This document shows positions 29,346 through 38,272 of a stretch of 64,000 nucleotides of DNA, piece after piece (the first letter of the stretch is position 1; every line of letters starts with the position of its first letter). The notes below the pieces were generated by a model that worked only from the letters and a program-made list of their open reading frames with translations, was not told the DNA's origin and ran no database searches. The stretch lies in sequence record MZ622713.1. One strand, 5' to 3'. The translations under genes were made by a program, and so were the position numbers.

Positions 29346-30308
29346 ATGAATACAAAAGTAGTTTCAAAGCCAACTAAACAAGATCTTGTAATGTGGGATA
29401 AAGTCACTAAATTCGTTAGTGGTAAACTAAGAAAAATCACTATCCCTGAAATCATGGAAGATGTAGATATTGGTAAACGTGAACTTGAAAGACTTTTTAA
29501 GAAGGTGGTTAAGAAACCAATAGGTGAATGGTTGGTGGGTGCTAGACTACGAGCAGTGACCTCATTCCTAAGAAACCCTAATTGTGATTTTGACCAACTA
29601 CATACGCTTATGGGTATGGAACAAGACAACAGCTTAACCACGTACTTACGTAAGCATTTTAACATCACTTACGGAATGGCGAAACAATTGCATGGCCGTG
29701 GTCGACTGTCAACCTACATAAACACCTTCCATAAACACAAATGCATCGAGTCCTTTTACGCAGAGGAAATGATCAAAGAGATTGAGAAACGCAAAGGTAA
29801 GATCAAGTCTACCGAACTCAAAGCTTTGTTCGATATCTCGGCTGCACACTTCTACCGCATCTGGAACGAGTACAACGGTCCAGAAACACTCCACGAGTAC
29901 GCTAGCTTTATCGAGATCAAATGTTTGCGAGAAGAGTTCCTAGAGGCTGATAACACGCCATTGGCTTTCTTAAGTGAACGTGGGATTGCGGTCCATCGAG
30001 TGGATAGTTTCCATGTTAAACACTATGGTGAAACTTTCCGTAGTTGGGGTGGTAAGAAGATCAAAGGTAAACCTCGTCACCGTGTAAATGGAAAGGAAGA
30101 GATATTAGGCAAACATTGGTTGAATGTAATCAGAGTGAATCTACAAAGCTCTGATACTCGCATCGAGGAACTTGCAGCTAAAATCAATATTACCGACATC
30201 TCTATCCGTAAAGTAATCACCCACTACGCAGGGATGACTTATTTGGAATACAAAAACTCCATCTTAAACAGTCGTCACTCAAATTTAACTGTCAGGTCCC
30301 ATGTATGA
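29346..30308 (+). CDS. AraC/XylS-type DNA-binding protein with repeated HTH domains
   Basis: ITIPEIMEDVDIGKRELERLFKKVVKKPIGEWLVGARL...LMGMEQDNSLTTYLRKHFNIT fits the AraC domain pattern; two further degenerate copies follow. Confidence 0.65.
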   Translation: MNTKVVSKPTKQDLVMWDKVTKFVSGKLRKITIPEIMEDVDIGKRELERLFKKVVKKPIGEWLVGARLRAVTSFLRNPNCDFDQLHTLMGMEQDNSLTTYLRKHFNITYGMAKQLHGRGRLSTYINTFHKHKCIESFYAEEMIKEIEKRKGKIKSTELKALFDISAAHFYRIWNEYNGPETLHEYASFIEIKCLREEFLEADNTPLAFLSERGIAVHRVDSFHVKHYGETFRSWGGKKIKGKPRHRVNGKEEILGKHWLNVIRVNLQSSDTRIEELAAKINITDISIRKVITHYAGMTYLEYKNSILNSRHSNLTVRSHV

Positions 30309-30333
30309 CGATAATTCAAAAGGAAAATAAATC

Positions 30334-30858
30334 ATGCTTATTATCAACACCGATGGCTCCTGCATAGGTGAATCGGGACCCGGACCATCTGGTTACGGGA
30401 TTGTCATCCGTGAAGGTGACGTAGTAATAGAACTAAGTGCGGGATATCGTCGTTCTACCAACAACCGTATGGAAATGTTGGCGACTATCGTAGCGCTGGA
30501 GGGATTGCCTGAGCGTCGTAAGGTATCGGTTACCACAGACTCACAATACGTCAAGCAAGGTATCGAGCAATGGATACACGGCTGGCGCAGAAGAGACTGG
30601 AAACGTGCAGATGGCGGTCCTGTTAAGAACGTGGATTTATGGAAGCGTCTTTATGACATGACACGTTATCATGATGTGACTTGGAATTGGGTTAAAGGAC
30701 ACTCCGGTGACCCAGACAACGAACGTTGTGATTCATTAGCTCAAGATGCTGCCCGTAACCACGCAACCTTAGAAGACGAAGGCTTTTTCACTTATAACGA
30801 AAACCTTCCTAAGTTCACACCAGACCCTAACCGTCAGTGGTGGAGAAGAAAAAGATGA
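30334..30858 (+). CDS. rnhA: Ribonuclease HI
   Basis: [55 protein letters not shown]; all four acidic catalytic residues present. Confidence 0.95.
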   Translation: MLIINTDGSCIGESGPGPSGYGIVIREGDVVIELSAGYRRSTNNRMEMLATIVALEGLPERRKVSVTTDSQYVKQGIEQWIHGWRRRDWKRADGGPVKNVDLWKRLYDMTRYHDVTWNWVKGHSGDPDNERCDSLAQDAARNHATLEDEGFFTYNENLPKFTPDPNRQWWRRKR

Positions 30859-31175
30859 TAGACATGTCCGAATCCAAAGAGATTCTTAAAAAGATCAAAG
30901 ACTTCAACAAAAAGTCTTTTAAAGACATGAGTCCGGAAGAGGTTAGCGAGTTCAACACCGAGATACTGAGTAACCCTTTGGTTAACAGCATCGTTCGTAT
31001 TAACCTTATGACCGTACCAAACTACTCACCTTATTGTGGGTCTGTTGAGTGTAGGGTGGTTCCACGAACTAATTACAAAGGTGGTCAATTCCATTGTCCT
31101 TGTTGTAGCTGGGTTTCTAAGTTCCCGGATGACTTCATGGCATTGTACCACGGCCATTGGAGTCCAGATCAATAG
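30855..31175 (+). CDS. Small Cys-rich, probably zinc-binding protein
   Basis: ATGA overlap with rnhA; YCGSVEC...FHCPCCSW. Confidence 0.65.
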   Translation: MIDMSESKEILKKIKDFNKKSFKDMSPEEVSEFNTEILSNPLVNSIVRINLMTVPNYSPYCGSVECRVVPRTNYKGGQFHCPCCSWVSKFPDDFMALYHGHWSPDQ

Positions 31176-31234
31176 GGGGGGGTCATCCTCCCTTTTCTGC
31201 CGCTTATCAAATATTTGAGTTGAGAGATTAACAA

Positions 31235-31717
31235 ATGAAAATCAATTTAGACCATGTTAATAACGAGCCTAGTAAAGGTTACGTGAGTGTAAGTTTAGCA
31301 TACCATCAATGTGATCTCATCCGTGAGATTTTGGAACAGCAAGCTATCACTCCAATTGATGAAGGTAAATTCCATTGCACTATTGCTTATGACCGTGATC
31401 TAAGCAGTACTTTGGAAATCGACATAGACCCGGGTCGTGTTTATACCGGTGAAGTCATCGGGGTGGAATTACTTGGTGATGTGAAAGATGGATTACAAAG
31501 CGCTGTAGCCCTTACCTTTAAATCTCCGGAACTAACAGAAGAACACTTCCGTTGGATGGCGGTTGGGTTTGATCACAGTTGGCCGGAATACATCCCTCAC
31601 ATGTCCGTAGCTTATGATGTTCCAGTAGAGGAAGCTGAGCGCTTAGTGGACATCCTTCAAATTTTCGTAGGTCAAACATTCTACTTTGATGACCTATCAG
31701 CAGAACCAGTAAAATAA
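31235..31717 (+). CDS. acb1: 2H phosphodiesterase, Acb1 (T4 gp57B)-like anti-CBASS nuclease
   Basis: Two HxT/S motifs (KFHCTIAY, YIPHMSVAY), S.EL..EH....AVGFDHSWPEY and terminal EPVK parallel the recalled T4 57B/Acb1 layout; 160 aa. Confidence 0.7.
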   Translation: MKINLDHVNNEPSKGYVSVSLAYHQCDLIREILEQQAITPIDEGKFHCTIAYDRDLSSTLEIDIDPGRVYTGEVIGVELLGDVKDGLQSAVALTFKSPELTEEHFRWMAVGFDHSWPEYIPHMSVAYDVPVEEAERLVDILQIFVGQTFYFDDLSAEPVK

Positions 31718-31737
31718 TAATTCGTCAGGACAACGTC

Positions 31738-32391
31738 ATGGGAAAGAAAAACAAAGGTACACGTCGGGGTGTACAGATCGCTGCACGTCAAAACAGAATG
31801 GCGCGTATCAATAAATATACCATAGCCAAAGTGGTGAAACAAATCTCCGACCATCTGTATTTCTACGGGAGTCATTCACATCAACTGGATACCATAGACT
31901 GGAATCCAATCCTTACAAAGTTGGTGCGACATGAAGATCAACAAACAGCACTAAAGAGTATGGTGGGGTTATTATCCGAGAAGTCCCCGTGGCAATTGCT
32001 CTTGTTTGTTGGTGTTGAAACCGATGACGCCTTAGAACTGTTTTCTTTCTTAGAGACATTCAAAGATCACACTTACGTTAACGTTAGTGAGCCAACCATG
32101 GATTACATTGAAGCGCGCTTAGCGGATATTAAACAAAACATATCTGAAGAAGCACTATTCAAAGATACTCAGTTAACACTTAACTCTGAGATCAAGGGAT
32201 TTGGTTACTATTTGTTTAACTCTAGTGATTATAATTTAGAAGGGTCAGAGGATGAGATCGCTGACCTATTTTACGAGTCTGGGGTGTTTGACTTACCTTA
32301 CGACCCTAGCAACTATCAACGTGTGGAACGCAAACATTTCTCCGATATGTTTAAACGCCAAGAACTCCGACTTATTAAGGATAAAAAATGA
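31738..32391 (+). CDS. Hypothetical protein, basic N-terminus
   Basis: 217-aa ORF, AGGA Shine-Dalgarno; ATGA overlap with the next gene. Confidence 0.7.
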   Translation: MGKKNKGTRRGVQIAARQNRMARINKYTIAKVVKQISDHLYFYGSHSHQLDTIDWNPILTKLVRHEDQQTALKSMVGLLSEKSPWQLLLFVGVETDDALELFSFLETFKDHTYVNVSEPTMDYIEARLADIKQNISEEALFKDTQLTLNSEIKGFGYYLFNSSDYNLEGSEDEIADLFYESGVFDLPYDPSNYQRVERKHFSDMFKRQELRLIKDKK

Positions 32392-33548
32392 AACACTTTA
32401 TCGACGCTCTACAAGACATCAAAAATGAATCTCAGCTAGCTGTACAACAACGCACTAAAGTTAACTGGTCCCATCAATTCAACATCACCAAAGAGGGCTA
32501 CCTCCCACAATGGTCTGGTATCATCAATGTACCGGGATTAGAAGTCGCTGTAAAAGAGCTGGAGTGGGTTCTAAGTAAAGAGCGTAAACTAGACATCTTA
32601 CATGAAGCGGGTATGAACCACCGTGATTACCTAGCCGCGGCAGAAGACTTAATCCACACTCGTGAGTACACTTACGACGAACGTGTTGATCTTGCCATTA
32701 AGAAGTTCTCTGAGTCTGACGTAGTTTTACGCAATGCCGACGATCTACAACTAGCGCTGGTTGACAACGGTTTAATGCAACGTTACCTGACCGTAGAGAA
32801 ATGCTTAGACGCAATGGGCTTCACCGCTATCCGTGAAGAAGTGGTTTGTAAAGAAGGCGAGACAGCAATCAGCTGGGGTGAAGCGTTTGGTAACCCGACT
32901 AGCACCGGTGCTATTTTGTTCCACAACCCTAAGATGCTTCCTAAGGACCAAGGTATCTCGTACACACTTTGCTTGTCTGAAAACCGTTACACTTATCTGC
33001 CTAAACAAATCATGTTGAGCTTCATGCGCACAGACATCCCGTTGGAAGTTCGTATGGAAGGCATGGACGCACTAAAAGCTAACCCTTACGTTGATCTTAT
33101 CGAAGGCATCCTACAAAGCAAACCTTTTGCTGAGTTGAAGCGTCTTGGTTTAGAACTAACGGAAGAAGTTTACATGCAAGTTGGTGACCAGCACGTACTG
33201 CATCAACTGTTGGATGATTTGTTGATTCCACGTCACGAACTGCATTCCCGTCTACAACTAAGTGAACTAGACCCACTGAAAGAGTTCGGTATCGAAGTTC
33301 TACCTTACGCTTTGTACGCGGAACACGTGGCTCACCGCATGAACATGGTTCATTCTACGTTTACTCTAGATGTGAACTATTTGGTGATGGAACAAGAAAC
33401 GCTAGCTATGTTGGATAAAATCCAAGATGCAGGTGAGAAATACAAAGAACCTGCTCTAGTCCGAATCGATCGTCCGCAAGACCTAACACTAGTGGATGTT
33501 CCTTTGACTACAGAAGAAGTAAAAACTACTAGCTACTTCGGCGCGTAA
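32388..33548 (+). CDS. Thymidylate-synthase-fold protein lacking catalytic motifs
   Basis: MKHFIDALQDIKNE, QFNITKEGYLP, AVKELEWVLSKERKLDILHEAGM and IPRHELHSRLQLSELD...LPYALYAEHVAH align by eye with ThyA; PCH, QRS, N177 and HxY are absent. Confidence 0.65.
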   Translation: MKHFIDALQDIKNESQLAVQQRTKVNWSHQFNITKEGYLPQWSGIINVPGLEVAVKELEWVLSKERKLDILHEAGMNHRDYLAAAEDLIHTREYTYDERVDLAIKKFSESDVVLRNADDLQLALVDNGLMQRYLTVEKCLDAMGFTAIREEVVCKEGETAISWGEAFGNPTSTGAILFHNPKMLPKDQGISYTLCLSENRYTYLPKQIMLSFMRTDIPLEVRMEGMDALKANPYVDLIEGILQSKPFAELKRLGLELTEEVYMQVGDQHVLHQLLDDLLIPRHELHSRLQLSELDPLKEFGIEVLPYALYAEHVAHRMNMVHSTFTLDVNYLVMEQETLAMLDKIQDAGEKYKEPALVRIDRPQDLTLVDVPLTTEEVKTTSYFGA

Positions 33549-33559
33549 AATAAAACAAC

Positions 33560-33577
33560 TCTATATTACTTGGGTGT
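33560..33577 (+). promoter_or_regulatory. Putative early promoter
   Basis: TCTATATTACTTGGGTGT upstream of the chaperonin gene. Confidence 0.7.
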
Positions 33578-33615
33578 GAATCCACTACTTAAAAAACCTT
33601 ACGAGGAAAAATACA

Positions 33616-35175
33616 ATGTTACTTAAGACCAAAGAAACTAAACAAATCAAAACTGAAACTGTCCTAGACGTCACTAGCGCTATCATCGCTACCATGGGTC
33701 CGGATGGTAAGGTGGTTCTTTGTGATCGAAGTGGTAAACCATACCCAACTAAAGATGGTGTTACTGTAGCTAAAGCTATGCGCACAGGTGATAACACTAA
33801 AGACCTACTTGCTACCATGATTGCGGAATGTTGTTTACGCACAGACCAAGTTTGTGGTGATGGTACAACCACGACGGCTTTTCTGCTTCGTGAGATCTAC
33901 ACACGTTTCCAACACAAGAGCAACTTCCGTAACAAACGTTTGATCAATCAATACGTTAAAGAAGTTGTCGAAACGTTGAAGCAACTAGCGGTACGAGTGA
34001 ACATCGATTCAGACTTACTGCGTCAAGTAATGCTGACCACCAGTAACAACGACGAGCGTATCGTTAACAAAGTCTTGGAAATCTACCGTGAGCATCCTCA
34101 CTTGCCAGACTTGACGTTGCGTGAAGCGACTGACGATGAAGACTTAGTACAATCTAACAACGGTTGTGCTTGGCCGGGTGGTTTTGCTTCACCTGAGTTT
34201 TCTAACCTAGGTAACGGTACACCAGAACACTTTAACGCCTACGACCAATATCGTCCGATTCTCCTTTCTGGTAAATTGGACGGACTGGGTCAAGAAAAGC
34301 AGTTAACGGAGTTCATCGAGTACACCAAGGAATACGTTTCTAACGGTGGTACTTACTTGATCGTGTGTCGTAGTACTGAAGACGTTTCAGAACAAGCTCT
34401 GAAAAACATGAACGCTAACCTAGGTCGTACGGCTTACAAGGTGGTAACGGTTCGTGCGGCTGGTTCTTCTGGTGTGTCTATCATGAACGATATCGCGATT
34501 GTGTTGGGTGCTAAGATGCACAGTCAGTTGGTGGCTAACCATCCTGAATACCGTACAGCTAAGCAATACCCTATCGTGCATGTTAGTTCAGCTTCACTGG
34601 CTATCGTTGGTTTCAATGACAAGCATGAAGAACAACTAAATACAGCAATCAAAGAAGTTAACGCATCTTTGAATGAACTGAACGTTGATCAGCGTCACTC
34701 TGCTATCGGTAAGATCGTTGAATCTCGCCTACGCATTTTGTCTGGTGGTTCTATCACGTTGTATGTTGGTGGTTTATCTGAGTCTGAAATCAATGAGCGT
34801 AAAGGTCGTTTTGAAGACGTAGGTCGTGTTTGTAAGTCAGCATTACGTAATGGTGTTTTGCAAGGTTGTGGTTACTCACTAATCCTAGCATCTAAAGTAC
34901 TAAAAGCTAAATACCCTGATTGTGAAATCGCGGGTGATCTAGCTAGTGTACTTTGTCAACAAACCCAATACCTCATGCAACAAGACTACGAAGACGGCAT
35001 GGTCTTTACTAACCTAGCGACTGGTGAGCAAGCTAAAGAACCGGGAGCGATTGGTGTGTGGGATGCGGCATTGGCAACAATCACTGCTTTGGAGTCAGCG
35101 GCTTCTATGGCGTTGTTGATAATCGATACCGATTCCATCATCACTAACTCTCGTTTATCTGAAGTACATTTCTAA
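33616..35175 (+). CDS. groEL: GroEL-like phage chaperonin
   Basis: TMGPDGK.V, TKDGVTVAK, GDGTTT (ATP-binding), G.V.QGCG and C-terminal GVWDA...I.ALESAAS.A; no GGM tail. Confidence 0.9.
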   Translation: MLLKTKETKQIKTETVLDVTSAIIATMGPDGKVVLCDRSGKPYPTKDGVTVAKAMRTGDNTKDLLATMIAECCLRTDQVCGDGTTTTAFLLREIYTRFQHKSNFRNKRLINQYVKEVVETLKQLAVRVNIDSDLLRQVMLTTSNNDERIVNKVLEIYREHPHLPDLTLREATDDEDLVQSNNGCAWPGGFASPEFSNLGNGTPEHFNAYDQYRPILLSGKLDGLGQEKQLTEFIEYTKEYVSNGGTYLIVCRSTEDVSEQALKNMNANLGRTAYKVVTVRAAGSSGVSIMNDIAIVLGAKMHSQLVANHPEYRTAKQYPIVHVSSASLAIVGFNDKHEEQLNTAIKEVNASLNELNVDQRHSAIGKIVESRLRILSGGSITLYVGGLSESEINERKGRFEDVGRVCKSALRNGVLQGCGYSLILASKVLKAKYPDCEIAGDLASVLCQQTQYLMQQDYEDGMVFTNLATGEQAKEPGAIGVWDAALATITALESAASMALLIIDTDSIITNSRLSEVHF

Positions 35176-35182
35176 CATAAAG

Positions 35183-35206
35183 TGTGGGTTCCTACGGGGG
35201 CCCACA
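35183..35206 (+). terminator. Terminator after the chaperonin gene
   Basis: TGTGGGTTCC-TACG-GGGGCCCACA with a downstream T-tract. Confidence 0.6.
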
Positions 35207-35237
35207 TATTTTAGTAATTATTTTTTTAAGGCAAGAT

Positions 35238-35603
35238 ATGTTAGAGAAATTTTATCTATGGTTGCGTAAAAAAGTAGCGGGTGACGAACTTAACGAGTTA
35301 GCGGTGTTAAAGCAAAGACTCGGTGAAATGAAAAGTTACATGAGGTCCGAACCCAAGATCGTGGAAGCGGTGGATTGGATAGCTGGGAACAACCCATCCA
35401 ATATTCAAGGCTTTCGTGATGACTTTCGTTTTCGTTATACATCACGCCCTAACCCATCGCAACATTACCGTGAACAATTGTTAAAGTCGGAACCCAAGTA
35501 TTACGGCGCACACGATGCTTCTGAGTTATGCCCGCAATCAGTTAAGTCAACCATCGACGATGAACCGAGTCCGTCCAACGTCGTTCAGTTCCCGAGAGAA
35601 TAA
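35238..35603 (+). CDS. Hypothetical protein (paralogue of 35769..36044)
   Basis: Start revised to ATG 35238; shares VAG.ELNEL..LKQRL. Confidence 0.7.
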   Translation: MLEKFYLWLRKKVAGDELNELAVLKQRLGEMKSYMRSEPKIVEAVDWIAGNNPSNIQGFRDDFRFRYTSRPNPSQHYREQLLKSEPKYYGAHDASELCPQSVKSTIDDEPSPSNVVQFPRE

Positions 35604-35606
35604 GTT

Positions 35607-35756
35607 ATGAAGAAAAAGAAACAACGTAAAAAAGAAAAGAAACGGCAAGAACAAGCAGCTTTGGTCTTAGCGAAGTTTCAACTCAATCCGGGTATGGTAC
35701 TGACACCGACCCAACAAGCGGTATACTTAAGTATGAATACTCCTACTCGTTTTTAA
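35607..35756 (+). CDS. 49-aa basic peptide (not in the ORF track)
   Basis: MKKKKQRKKEKKRQEQAALVLAKFQLNPGMVLTPTQQAVYLSMNTPTRF fills the gap between two genes exactly. Confidence 0.55.
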   Translation: MKKKKQRKKEKKRQEQAALVLAKFQLNPGMVLTPTQQAVYLSMNTPTRF

Positions 35757-35768
35757 AAGGCAAAGGAT

Positions 35769-36044
35769 ATGAATTGGTTAAAACGTTTTATTAAAAATAT
35801 GGTGGCTGGTAAGGAACTCAACGAATTGTGGTTCCTTAAACAACGTCTCCATGATTTAGAACATTGGTGTTCTTACGACCCTGCTATCTCTGCGGCAGCA
35901 CGTTGGGCGCAAGCTCCACACGAGCGTACCAAAGTAGGGAATGATTTCTGTCCGGACATCGAGCTGATGCGCCGACACCTAAAAAGACACTACACACCTT
36001 CAACCATCATTAATAAAGAGAACAACAATGAACAATGCAAATAA
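35769..36044 (+). CDS. Hypothetical protein (paralogue of 35238..35603)
   Basis: AAGGA Shine-Dalgarno; shared VAG.ELNEL..LKQRL motif. Confidence 0.7.
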   Translation: MNWLKRFIKNMVAGKELNELWFLKQRLHDLEHWCSYDPAISAAARWAQAPHERTKVGNDFCPDIELMRRHLKRHYTPSTIINKENNNEQCK

Positions 36045-36333
36045 TAGTTTAGCTAAACAACTTCCTGTCTACCACCTTCTATCAGACCGTCGTGAGTTAT
36101 TCCGTATCGTACTGATGATTGCGCTCGGTGGAGCCGCATCTTTAATCGGATGGACATGGTTACAAGGAACGATAGGTATCGCTATTTTCTTCCTATTGTT
36201 TATTGTTAACTTTGGTAACTCTTACTTAGTCCGTGTTAAACCTTACGGTAACTTGTGGTTTAGCAAAGGTGCTATCGGTTTAGCATGTATCGTTGGCTTT
36301 GTGATTTGGTCTGGGGTGTCAGCGGTACTATGA
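36028..36333 (+). CDS. Small membrane protein (3 TM)
   Basis: Three hydrophobic segments; overlaps both neighbours. Confidence 0.7.
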   Translation: MNNANNSLAKQLPVYHLLSDRRELFRIVLMIALGGAASLIGWTWLQGTIGIAIFFLLFIVNFGNSYLVRVKPYGNLWFSKGAIGLACIVGFVIWSGVSAVL

Positions 36334-36623
36334 GAAACCTAAAGCATTTATTTACCCACGACATGGCTTCCGTTATGGTTCTTACTTTATACGGGGTGTC
36401 CTTAATTGCGTTCTCACAAGGTTTGTTATGGGTCGCGTTAGCCATCATCACGGTAGTCATAATCGATCTTGCCCATGTCGCTGTAATCAAACCTGAGGTC
36501 TACCACCGCCGTATGCGGAATAAAGAGTTCTTTACCGTTAAGGCTTTATGGTTGGATTTGATCATCTGGGGTCTGGTGTATTGGATTTACTTTAACGCTG
36601 ACTTTATTCGGAGCTTGGTGTAA
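36330..36623 (+). CDS. Small membrane protein (3 TM)
   Basis: Start revised to ATG 36330 (ATGA overlap); hydrophobic segments. Confidence 0.7.
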   Translation: MRNLKHLFTHDMASVMVLTLYGVSLIAFSQGLLWVALAIITVVIIDLAHVAVIKPEVYHRRMRNKEFFTVKALWLDLIIWGLVYWIYFNADFIRSLV

Positions 36624-36895
36624 TGGACGACTATGAGGGCGACCCAATCAATTGGAGAGCGTGGTTCTTTGGCACCACAATCATGGCTATATGTGCTGCT
36701 CTGGAACTTTATTCCGTAGTATTCGGGTTTATCTTAGGGTATGTGGTTCGTTGGTGGCTGGATGCCATCACGGACTCTCCAACCCATGAAATAAAGATCA
36801 AGGACGAGATCAAAATATCCATCACTAATTCTAACATCGCTATGATGTCTAGTTTGTTAATCGTCACGTCATTTTTGTTAATGGGATTCCAATGA
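36623..36895 (+). CDS. Small membrane protein (2-3 TM)
   Basis: TAATG overlap; hydrophobic segments. Confidence 0.7.
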   Translation: MDDYEGDPINWRAWFFGTTIMAICAALELYSVVFGFILGYVVRWWLDAITDSPTHEIKIKDEIKISITNSNIAMMSSLLIVTSFLLMGFQ

Positions 36896-36930
36896 GTAAA
36901 ATCTATTTCTATACCAGCGCCATGAATTAA
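36892..36930 (+). pseudogene. tdk: 12-codon 5' stub of thymidine kinase (MSKIYFYTSAMN*)
   Basis: ATG AGT AAA ATC TAT TTC TAT ACC AGC GCC ATG AAT TAA encodes exactly the first 12 aa of TK at 38284; ATGA overlap with the upstream gene. Confidence 0.9.
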
Positions 36931-36948
36931 CATGGAGTTGTTTTCAGG

Positions 36949-36966
36949 TCTACATTATCTAGGTGT
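36949..36966 (+). promoter_or_regulatory. Putative early promoter inside the HNH cassette
   Basis: TCTACATTATCTAGGTGT matches the 18-bp motif. Confidence 0.55.
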
Positions 36967-36990
36967 TATGATAACTTTATTAGGTGATGT

Positions 36991-38226
36991 ATGTTAAAGA
37001 AGATTTTAGGATCTGTGTATAGTGTGGATATAGAGACTAAGGACCTTTACAAAAACACAACTCTTATCCACAAAGGTAATAAAAAGGGAACTTTCAAAAT
37101 AACAATAAACGGTAAGATTTATAAGGTCGATATCAATTATTGTTACATTCTTGCTCTTTACGAGTTGCATTTTGAAACTGGTGATGAGCATATGTATTTC
37201 AATATTGAAATACAAAAGATGAAAATAAGAAAGTTAAAATCATCGCTTGAAGACATGGTGATTGAAATCCCAGTTTTCTCTTCACCTTTAGAAAAGGAAG
37301 GATATAGAACAATTTCCACGTTTCCTGAGTATGAAGTAAATGAAGAAGGCATTGTCCGTAAGAAAAGTGACGGTGAAGTCATACCACATTATTTTCACAA
37401 AGGTACTGGGTATTACACTTGTCGTGTAAGGGATCCTTTGTTAGGAAAGAATCGTTCGGTTAGAGTTCACCGTCTAATCGCAATGGCGTGGAAGAAAAAT
37501 TTAAACTATGTCGTTGCACATTATGTGAACCATATAGACGGTGATAAGTCGCACAACTATGCGAGTAATGTGGAATGGTGTACTCCTAGCCACAACACTA
37601 AACATGCTTGTGAAGAAGGTTTACAAAAAGCTAGAAAGTATCTAAAGAAGGATTTAGAGACTGAGGAGATCACCGGTCCGATGCTATTGGGCGATCTAGG
37701 GTTTCCAGTAGCTGAAATACGAAATTGGATGAAACGTTTAAATCGACTTTTACCATTCAAAAAGAAATGGGAGATAATAGAGGTCGGTGGTAAATGGGAA
37801 TCCAAGTTTGGAGAAAATAGCTGGATATGCAATGAATATGTAGGTCTAGGTGTGCAGGTTAAAGACGTGAGCAAATGGGAAGCTGGTGAAGACTTTTTAT
37901 TTGAATTTGACACTCAGAAAGCTGCCGCTGACTTTACATGTTCCGACCAAGGAAGAATTTCTAGATTATTAAAGTCGGGAGAACAAGATCAAATTTACAA
38001 TGGTTATTGTTTTAGACCAAAGTCTGATAAACCTTGGGATACCAAACCTTATATTCCGGGTGGTCAGAAAAGAAAGATAAAAATTTCTTGGGAAAATGGT
38101 AAGGAATTAATTTTTGATAATCTTAACTTGGCTGCCGATCATGTGAAGTTAACTCGACAGGCGTTAAGTAGACGTATTAAATTAAACTTATTATTGGACG
38201 GCTTTAGAGTTTCATATGTAAACTAA
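36991..38226 (+). CDS. HNH homing endonuclease (NUMOD4-HNH-NUMOD1-like)
   Basis: YRTISTFPEYEVNEEG.V...GYY.C (NUMOD4-like), VRVHRLIAMAW...VNHIDGDKSHNYASNVEWCTPSHN (HNH) and C-terminal F.(S/T/N)...AA repeats. Confidence 0.9.
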   Translation: MLKKILGSVYSVDIETKDLYKNTTLIHKGNKKGTFKITINGKIYKVDINYCYILALYELHFETGDEHMYFNIEIQKMKIRKLKSSLEDMVIEIPVFSSPLEKEGYRTISTFPEYEVNEEGIVRKKSDGEVIPHYFHKGTGYYTCRVRDPLLGKNRSVRVHRLIAMAWKKNLNYVVAHYVNHIDGDKSHNYASNVEWCTPSHNTKHACEEGLQKARKYLKKDLETEEITGPMLLGDLGFPVAEIRNWMKRLNRLLPFKKKWEIIEVGGKWESKFGENSWICNEYVGLGVQVKDVSKWEAGEDFLFEFDTQKAAADFTCSDQGRISRLLKSGEQDQIYNGYCFRPKSDKPWDTKPYIPGGQKRKIKISWENGKELIFDNLNLAADHVKLTRQALSRRIKLNLLLDGFRVSYVN

Positions 38227-38230
38227 TATT

Positions 38231-38272
38231 CCCTCCCTTTATGGGAGGGTATCATCTATCTTTATTTTTTTT
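38231..38272 (+). terminator. Hairpin plus displaced T-tract after the HNH gene
   Basis: CCCTCCC-TTTAT-GGGAGGG, then TATCATCTATCTTTATTTTTTTT. Confidence 0.55.
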
